A DNA stretch of 63,931 nt, counting the filler, from an uncultured bacterium (GTDB taxonomy: Bacteria; Latescibacterota; UBA2968), in assembly GCA_964471275.1 (NCBI GenBank). It is 3 parts of 3 records of this genome, joined end to end, with 100 filler letters (N's around TTAATTAATTAA, not from the genome) between each part and the next. Parts side by side here need not be neighbours in the genome. Positions count along the whole stretch, not along the records: positions 44,186 to 63,931 come from CAYYGZ010000065.1; 2 more parts are not named here. The stretch is one strand, 5' to 3'. Position 1 is the stretch's first letter. Every line of letters begins with the position of its first letter. The position numbers were made by a program, and so were the translations under genes. Positions 57,298 to 63,931 of the stretch are shown piece by piece. Below the pieces are notes generated by a model. It saw only the letters and a program-made list of their open reading frames with translations. It made no database searches and was not told where the DNA came from.

Positions 57298-58511
57298 AGG
57301 TTCTCAGCAACCTTCCGGATCGCCCTCCCCATATCCCGGATATCTTCTTCGCTCATATGTTCATGAATCCCCATCACGCACACGGTCGACAGGGCCTGCA
57401 CCGCCCCCGGAACAATCTCCGCGCTGTAATCGTACTCCCTGCTGGCGACTTCGCTCGTAAACGGAAAGCCGCTCGTCCCGTAGGTATTCTTCTTCGTCAG
57501 AAACGCGCCCCGCATAAAGATCGGATCGCCGATATAGTGAGCTCCCACTGATACACCTTCGGCCCGGACGGCTTCGCAAAACTTGTCCGGATCGTGACCG
57601 GTCACGTGGAAAATGTAGTTCCACCAGGTGGTCTCTCGATCCTCCTCCGCGGGCACAACCGTCACTCCGGGCGCATCCCCGATCAGATCAGTAAGCTGTC
57701 TCCCAAGAGCGATGCGCCGAAGCGTCACGTCCCGGACCTTCTTGAGCTGTGCGATCCCGATGGCGCCCTGCATCTCCGTCATCCGGTAGTTTGGGGCCAG
57801 AAACGCGTGGTCTCGTTCGCCCATATACTTGTAGTCCCAGCCCTTGTCAGAAAACAGCTTCAGCCGGATGTAGGTCTCCTCGTCATTCGTGATCGCCATC
57901 CCGCCGTCTCCGGTCGTCATGTGCTTGGACTGCTGCATGCTAAAGCACGCCATGTCGCCGGTGGTGCCCGCATAGCGATCCTTGTACATGGTGGCGTGAC
58001 ACTGGCTGCAGTCTTCGATCAACACCACATCGTGAGCCTTCGCAATCTCAACGACCTCGTCCGTGTTACAGGACCGGCCAAACAGGTGCACGAGAATGAT
58101 TGCTTTGGTACGATCGGAAATATTTGCTTCGATCGACTCCGACGTCATGTTCATCGTCAGCGGATCGACATCAGCGAATGTCGGAATCGCGTTCTGGATC
58201 AGGATCGGCATCACGCTGCCCGGGTCCGTAATCGGCGCCGTAATGATCTCGTCACCCGGATTTGGGTTAACGGCACCCACTGCTAGATGAATCGCTGCCG
58301 TTCCACTCGTACACGACTGTGCATGATTCACGCCGTAGAACTCAGCAAATTCCTTCTCGAACCGGGGAACGAACGTCCCGCTCTTCCCGAACAAATTCTG
58401 ACTCCGCACCGCCTCGAGAAGCAAATCCTCCTCTTCCTTCCCGAAAGGCTTCCTCCCCGGAAACGGCTCTGTCCGGACGGATTCACCACCGTTGATTGCT
58501 AACTCAGCCAC
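57294..58511 (-). CDS. DegT/DnrJ/EryC1/StrS PLP aminotransferase
   Basis: TSGTAAIH, IEDCSQ, FSMQQSKHMTTGDGG, NYRMTEMQ. Confidence 0.95.
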   Translation of the reverse strand: MAELAINGGESVRTEPFPGRKPFGKEEEDLLLEAVRSQNLFGKSGTFVPRFEKEFAEFYGVNHAQSCTSGTAAIHLAVGAVNPNPGDEIITAPITDPGSVMPILIQNAIPTFADVDPLTMNMTSESIEANISDRTKAIILVHLFGRSCNTDEVVEIAKAHDVVLIEDCSQCHATMYKDRYAGTTGDMACFSMQQSKHMTTGDGGMAITNDEETYIRLKLFSDKGWDYKYMGERDHAFLAPNYRMTEMQGAIGIAQLKKVRDVTLRRIALGRQLTDLIGDAPGVTVVPAEEDRETTWWNYIFHVTGHDPDKFCEAVRAEGVSVGAHYIGDPIFMRGAFLTKKNTYGTSGFPFTSEVASREYDYSAEIVPGAVQALSTVCVMGIHEHMSEEDIRDMGRAIRKVAENL

Positions 58512-58559
58512 GTAGTTCTCCTGGTTTCAATCCCTGGTTTCCTGTCTACTACTGCCTAT

Positions 58560-60278
58560 CTACAGAATCTGTAGCACCATCTCAAATCGGGTTCTCTCTT
58601 CCACAAACGGCATAACCACCACGATTCGACCATCTGCGGCATCTCCCTCGCCACCCTTCTTATACGGATTGTGGGGGATCGCGGGCCACTCGACGCGTGT
58701 ACCGGCCGGCAGCAAGAGACGCCATCCGTTATGCTCGACATAACCAGCCTGCCCCGCGACCGACCAGGCAAACGGCTGCTCGCCAAGCGGGATCGCATCA
58801 CCAGCCGAAAGCTTCAGGAGGCCCCCAGGCCTCGGCATCAGCGTAAGGTGCCCCTCAACCGACTCGTCGCCACCCGATTCGATCGTGTAGATCACACCCA
58901 GCTCGTCGTCACTCCGATCCATCAGCGTGACGGATCCTTCTACATTTCCGTAGCTCAACCTGACCGTGAGTTCAGATTCAGATTGCTCGATCGCAGCTTC
59001 GTCCGGTACGTGCCGGAGGTCACTCACGAGAAACTCCGGCTCCTCATCGCCCAGCTTGTGCTTCATCCTACTGACATCGCCGACGGTGAAGTTGCTCCAC
59101 AACGGTTGCAATTTCGTATTCCCACCCCCCAGGATCAGGCCCACTCGATCGTGGTATGCGCTCAGGAAGTTCTGCCAGTCCTGTCCCCACCGGTTCCCAT
59201 GTGGATCCTGCCGGAAGGCATTTGCACAGAAGAACCAGGGCCTGCGCCTCCGAACGGTGGCGAGATCCCCCATCCGGTATGTGTGTGCCTCACTCGCAGC
59301 GGCAGTTGGATCAAGCTCGCCTTCTGCGGCGAATAGAAGCATCGATGCGGCGTAGTCCGCGTCGAAGGACTGTCCGGAATTGAAGGCGGTCAGCCTCACC
59401 TTCGCGCGCTCGCCATCCTTTGGATCATCCTCACCGGCGGCTGCGATGATTCGTTCGTGCTGTTGCGCAAGAAATCCGCGTCCCTGGGGCGTATGGCTGA
59501 ACCCCGGATTGCCCGGACGCACCGTATCGTGATACCAGTTCCGACCGTCGACGGTCTCCACCATACTCCCGTCCGGATAGGCGAATGCGGCGTGGAAGCG
59601 GGCAGCCCGGTCCAGCGCTTCGAGAAGCCGATCGTCCTGACACATCGAATAGAGCGTCCCGACGGCATCGATGTAGACAAAGTTGTAGGACACGACAGGA
59701 CCCTCGTGTTCGGGCCACCAACCGTGTTCAGACTGAGCCTCGATCACTTGATACGAAAAGGTGACAGCCTGGGTGGTCCAGTCCTCGCGCTCGAAAGTCA
59801 TCCCCGCGAAATACAGGCCCATCGCGTGATGTGTCGGGATGTTGTGCACACGGTTCAGGCAGGTTTCCGAGATTCCGGTATAGCCGAAGAGAAGCGCATC
59901 GTCCCACCGAGTCCGGTCTTCACTTCCGAAGGCTTCACGCGTCAGCCAGTAGGCTCGCATCCATCGGCTGTATGCCCAGGGCATGTAGATCTGCCCCCAG
60001 GTTGAATGGTCCTTCTTCCGAAAGGTGAACATGCCATCACCGTCCTGCGCATCGATCAGTGCCTGCCCGCCCTGAACGATAGCCGACAGCACCGCCTCAT
60101 CACCATAATAGTGGCTGGTCTCCAACGACCACGCGGCAGCGAGCGCGAGCAAGACGTTTTGATCGGTCGATACCCAGGGCTCGACGCCAAACCGCCCCGC
60201 GTCATTCTGCGAAGCCAGGATGTCGGGAATCGATGCGTCCAGTGATGCGAGTAATTCGGGTTCAGGTTTCCAAAGCAT
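58560..60278 (-). CDS. Hypothetical protein, probable (alpha/alpha) toroid plus beta-sandwich (lyase/heparinase-like)
   Basis: Helical N-half with HNIPTHH, GWWPEH.GP..SYN, ETVDGRN; beta-rich C-half. Confidence 0.65.
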   Translation of the reverse strand: MLWKPEPELLASLDASIPDILASQNDAGRFGVEPWVSTDQNVLLALAAAWSLETSHYYGDEAVLSAIVQGGQALIDAQDGDGMFTFRKKDHSTWGQIYMPWAYSRWMRAYWLTREAFGSEDRTRWDDALLFGYTGISETCLNRVHNIPTHHAMGLYFAGMTFEREDWTTQAVTFSYQVIEAQSEHGWWPEHEGPVVSYNFVYIDAVGTLYSMCQDDRLLEALDRAARFHAAFAYPDGSMVETVDGRNWYHDTVRPGNPGFSHTPQGRGFLAQQHERIIAAAGEDDPKDGERAKVRLTAFNSGQSFDADYAASMLLFAAEGELDPTAAASEAHTYRMGDLATVRRRRPWFFCANAFRQDPHGNRWGQDWQNFLSAYHDRVGLILGGGNTKLQPLWSNFTVGDVSRMKHKLGDEEPEFLVSDLRHVPDEAAIEQSESELTVRLSYGNVEGSVTLMDRSDDELGVIYTIESGGDESVEGHLTLMPRPGGLLKLSAGDAIPLGEQPFAWSVAGQAGYVEHNGWRLLLPAGTRVEWPAIPHNPYKKGGEGDAADGRIVVVMPFVEERTRFEMVLQIL

Positions 60279-60347
60279 GGGAGGCAATCGGTTCGTGAAA
60301 TGGTGAGTGGAACGCAACGAGAGGCGGCAACGACCTCTTGTCACCTG

Positions 60348-61502
60348 TCATGGGTCATTAGGCTTGGTCGGACAGGGCCAAAAGGGCCCATCCTCTTCGT
60401 ACTTCCTTGCATACTTCTCGACCATATCCGTATCGAGTTCGATCCCCATCCCGGAGCCGTCCGGAACGCGAATGTCTCCTCCCTCGAATCGGAGCAGATC
60501 GGTCGACACGATGTCATTCTCGTTGAGTTGATGCATCGCCTGATGACCGGCGGTCTGGTTCGTGATCGAAGCGGACACCTGGAGAGCGGTCAACGTACTG
60601 ACGCTTGTCTCTCCCATCACACCGTGCCGACACAGACGCAGTCCACCGGCACGCGCGACCGTTGCCAGCTTCTTCATCCCCGTTATACCACCGGTTTCGT
60701 GAAGCCCCACGACTATCACTTCCGCTGCCTTCTTCTGGATGACCTGGATGGCTTCCTTTTCCGTGAAACATCCCTGATCCACGGCGACCGGCATGGGAAC
60801 CGCTTCTCTCACACGGGCAAGCCCATCCAGATCCTGCCAGTCAACCGGCTGTTCGGCAAAGTCGATGTCATAATCGGCAAGCGCGTTGAGCTCCTGAATC
60901 GCCTCCCCGACCTCCCACGCCATGTTTGCGTCGATGCGCAGCCGAACATCGTATCCGACTCGCTCGCGTATCGCCTGCACACACGCCCTGTCACGCGACC
61001 GGCCGCGCCCGACCTTGAGATAGAGAACGGTGAATCCCCTCTCCGTTCAGTATTGGGCATCCACCGCCAGCTTCTCCGGTTCGTCGCCCTGCAGAAAACC
61101 GAAGTGGTTGATTCGATCGGTGTCAGCCCCGCCCAAAAGCTTATATACGGGCAGGTCTGCCGACTTTCCGACTATGTCCCAGAGGGCGGTTTCCACACCT
61201 GCGAGCGCCTGGTTCGCGAAACAGCGCACGTCATCCCACTTTGCATACCGATAGAAACAGTGCAGAAACGCCTCGATTCTCGTAGGGTCTTCCCCTTCGA
61301 GTACTCTCGCTGTAGCGTTTATGACACCTAGAATCGCCTGGACGGACCGGTCGCCGCAGGCCTCACCGATGCCGACAATCCCTTCGTCTGTCGACACCTC
61401 GACCAGAACCGAGTTGATCCCCTGGGTCACCCCCCGGCTTTAGTAGTAGGACTCCTTGAACGGGATCGCCAGAGGGATTGTCTTGACTTCGGTAACTCTC
61501 AT
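60348..61502 (-). pseudogene. Mandelate racemase/muconate-lactonizing (enolase superfamily) pseudogene
   Basis: One frame broken by TAA near 61440 (YY*SRG) and TGA at 61047 (QY*TERG); GIVGIGE, LWDIVGK, IDANMAW, EQP, GMGIELD. Confidence 0.88.
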
Positions 61503-61506
61503 CCGC

Positions 61507-62685
61507 TCACTCGATCAGACCTGCCAGCATCGCCGATTCAAGAAAACCCAACTGAAGCGGGATGTCGACTCGCAGTCGCCCGTTTCCGACTATTCGGACG
61601 GTTGACGCATCAATCTGCTTGATCGCCCTCACCACCTTGAAGCCCCGAGGCACCCTTGCCACACCCATGATGCACGGTACATCCAGAAGGGCGTTGGCCT
61701 TGAACTTGTGACAGGTCTTTATTCCTCTCCGTGACAGGTCGTTCGGCTTCGCCGACGCCTCGATACCGTCTCCCCAGAAGGTCGTGCCTTCTTCCATCCC
61801 CATCACGTTGATGTGGCGCCCATTCCACGGGGCAAAGTAGCGTCCTCCATTCGTAAACCAGAGCACCGTACTTGCGAGGACCTTCGGATCCTTGATGTTA
61901 AACCAGACATACCTCTCCTTCTCAAAGGTCACCGCCGACCAGGCGAAGTCCAGGTCAGGATCTGCACAAATCATCGCCAGATCCTCGAACCCTCGTCGAT
62001 TGGGGTAGGATGTCAGATCCGTTATCGTTCCATCAATCAGGGGTACCTTTGTAAGGTCACGAATTACCGAACTCGGCTTCAGGATCGAATAGGTCTGGGT
62101 TTCCGGGCTCTCCAGGGGTTCGTAGAAGGTTGCCGCGTGTTTGGGCTTGCTGAACGACAGCCGTCCTGCCCCAGGACGGTCGGGAAACTGAAGGGTTGCG
62201 TGGTGCGAATAAGACATCGGGCCCGATAGTCCTGCAACCCGATGTCTCACATAGACCGCATTCTCACCAGTCACAAGGGCGATCGACTTATGGACGGTCC
62301 CCTTCTGTAACTTCAGATTCATCTTCAGATGCAGGGCTCGTCCTGCTTTCGATCGTGTGAGATCCTTGAACTGCCACCTGCGATTTGCTGTCTCGCCGTG
62401 CGGAGGATAGGCCCGCCCCTTGTACTGGGTCACCCCGCCCCCAAATGGCATACAGAAGAAGTCGCCCCGCAAGGTCTTGATCACGTTCGGCTGATCGCCG
62501 GGGATCTTCTCGTCCCACCACGGGGCGATCGCAAGAGGCGACACCGGCTGCGTGGTCTTCCGGTAGAAGGTTGCGGGTGCCATACACCCACCCATCTCGG
62601 CAATGGACAACGAAACCTGGTCGGTTTGAATCGTGTAAGAGGGTTGGTTGTAACGGTTCCTGAGAGCGGGTTTGCTCGTTGCCAT
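61507..62685 (-). CDS. Hypothetical protein, galactose-mutarotase-like fold
   Basis: LRGDFFCMPFG, PPHGETAN..W, W.TNGGR...PWNGRH..VMGMEE; AGGAGG SD. Confidence 0.7.
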   Translation of the reverse strand: MATSKPALRNRYNQPSYTIQTDQVSLSIAEMGGCMAPATFYRKTTQPVSPLAIAPWWDEKIPGDQPNVIKTLRGDFFCMPFGGGVTQYKGRAYPPHGETANRRWQFKDLTRSKAGRALHLKMNLKLQKGTVHKSIALVTGENAVYVRHRVAGLSGPMSYSHHATLQFPDRPGAGRLSFSKPKHAATFYEPLESPETQTYSILKPSSVIRDLTKVPLIDGTITDLTSYPNRRGFEDLAMICADPDLDFAWSAVTFEKERYVWFNIKDPKVLASTVLWFTNGGRYFAPWNGRHINVMGMEEGTTFWGDGIEASAKPNDLSRRGIKTCHKFKANALLDVPCIMGVARVPRGFKVVRAIKQIDASTVRIVGNGRLRVDIPLQLGFLESAMLAGLIE

Positions 62686-62816
62686 TCTGGGCCTCCTGGG
62701 CAAGGGTCTGCTAACGCGCGGAATGATCGGGTCGCCTCTCTCCCTTGTCAATACGACACTGCTCAGGCAACACACTTTAACTCGAACAGTTCCGAAGCTA
62801 CCCCGGGCGCAGACAT

Positions 62817-62848
62817 AAAAAAAGGGGACGCAACCGACACGTTCCCTG
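62817..62848 (-). terminator. Intrinsic terminator after PhyH
   Basis: GGGAACG...CGTCCCC followed by T7 on the minus strand. Confidence 0.6.
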
Positions 62849-62870
62849 GAAAGCACCGCAATCAGATTGC

Positions 62871-63857
62871 TCAGCAGACCATGCCCTTCTTGGCTCGGAT
62901 GCCGTGAGCTGGAGGGTCATCTCCCATCCACCGCTGATCCTGTGGTTCGTCAGCCAGTTGATACCGGGAATCGGATGAAACCCGAACGGCGTTCGATCGA
63001 TTGTCCGAACTGGCGTGCATCAGAAAGACGGAAAACATCAGAAGATCACCCATCTCGTATTCGGACGTAAGCCACCGCCCTCCTAACTCCTGCCGGACAC
63101 CGATCGCGTCACTCGAGTAGGCACCCGACGAGTTCCAGTGAATGGATTTCCGTTCGTCAGCCGTCAGCTCACGACCTTCATTCCTTGCCAGCTGCACCAC
63201 CGCGTCCTGCTCACCCATATTCGAGCAATACACGTCGACATCCGTCGCACTATAGGTACTCTTCAGCTCCACGTTGCGGTGTGAGCCTTCCAGCAAGATC
63301 ACCCCCCCCATGTTGTAGGGCACATTACCAAACGGTGCCCAGGAGGTATACAGATCTTGCGTACCGCGTCCCATGTAAACGACATCGCAGTGGGGTGTCG
63401 TCGCATCAGACAGACCAGGTCTCTTGCATCTGAACCACGTGTAGTCGAAGTGGCTCGCCGGCCCACCCAAAAAAAAGTCATAGAACTTCATCATTGGCCC
63501 CTCGTAGAGCACCCGATCGAGCAGGGGGTTGTTCCGCGCAAGAAGGGGCATGAACGGACCCGTCGCCGCACCGTCGTACTGCGATTCCGGGAGAGCGATC
63601 CCGTCGATCATCGGGTGGGTCTTGTCCAGGACGCCCGCATCCCAGAGACGCTGCATCACCTCGGTCCTGGCCGCAAGCACTTCGTCCTGATCGAGCAGGC
63701 CGGGCAAGTACAGATAGCCCTCTTCATTAAACCGTCGCCAGAGCTCCTCACGATCCTCAACACTGTCGTTGGAGCGTGTCAGTTGGCCAAAATCCTGGTC
63801 ACTCTCCCCGAGCGAATTACCTCGATACGTCAGTGAAAGCATCTCAGATGCACTCAA
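62871..63857 (-). CDS. Phytanoyl-CoA dioxygenase (PhyH) family
   Basis: TPHCDVVYMGRG, LEGSH, MHASSDN...RVSSDSRYQ. Confidence 0.88.
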   Translation of the reverse strand: MSASEMLSLTYRGNSLGESDQDFGQLTRSNDSVEDREELWRRFNEEGYLYLPGLLDQDEVLAARTEVMQRLWDAGVLDKTHPMIDGIALPESQYDGAATGPFMPLLARNNPLLDRVLYEGPMMKFYDFFLGGPASHFDYTWFRCKRPGLSDATTPHCDVVYMGRGTQDLYTSWAPFGNVPYNMGGVILLEGSHRNVELKSTYSATDVDVYCSNMGEQDAVVQLARNEGRELTADERKSIHWNSSGAYSSDAIGVRQELGGRWLTSEYEMGDLLMFSVFLMHASSDNRSNAVRVSSDSRYQLADEPQDQRWMGDDPPAHGIRAKKGMVC

Positions 63858-63931
63858 ACCATCATCCTTTTGAACACAGTGATCACTGCCTGCTCCGCGG
63901 GTATACCATCGATTTCTGGAACCATTTCCTG

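Noticed and set aside
6827..61442. Stop-codon reassignment or readthrough as the cause of in-frame stops
   Set aside because: TAG, TAA and TGA all occur, at positions expected to be W, E or Y, alongside frameshifts and truncations; intact genes end with all three stops

Overview
Bacterial DNA, moderately GC-rich by eye. The window is three contigs joined by artificial N44-TTAATTAATTAA-N44 linkers (22025-22124, 44086-44185), so genes on either side of a linker are not necessarily neighbours. The gene mix (Cys-type sulfatases, a sulfatase maturase, PhyH dioxygenases, Gfo/Idh/MocA oxidoreductases, TonB receptor plus DUF4249, a GWxTD-type remnant) suggests an uncultured heterotroph of the Latescibacterota/FCB type; this is inference. 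Contig 1 carries ahbAB, anSME, a decaying c-type cytochrome/thiol-redox cluster, a large surface protein and catabolic enzymes. Contig 2 carries sulfatase/sugar catabolism genes, a TonB receptor and a GGDEF-GGDEF-RHH regulator. Contig 3 carries a late flagellar locus (two flagellins, flaG, a giant fliD, fliS) with sigma28 promoters and CsrA-type hairpins, then a PLP-enzyme catabolic cluster. Main leads: (1) an 18-bp inverted copy of the flagellin-1 RBS/start codon brackets its sigma28 promoter (invertible switch, antisense control, or inverted remnant); (2) a tandem degenerate-GGDEF/ribbon-helix-helix protein has a perfect 24-bp palindrome over its own start; (3) a three-copy MITE-like family with YTAG-type ends sits on stop codons and may supply a promoter/RBS; (4) about ten genes are pseudogenes or remnants.
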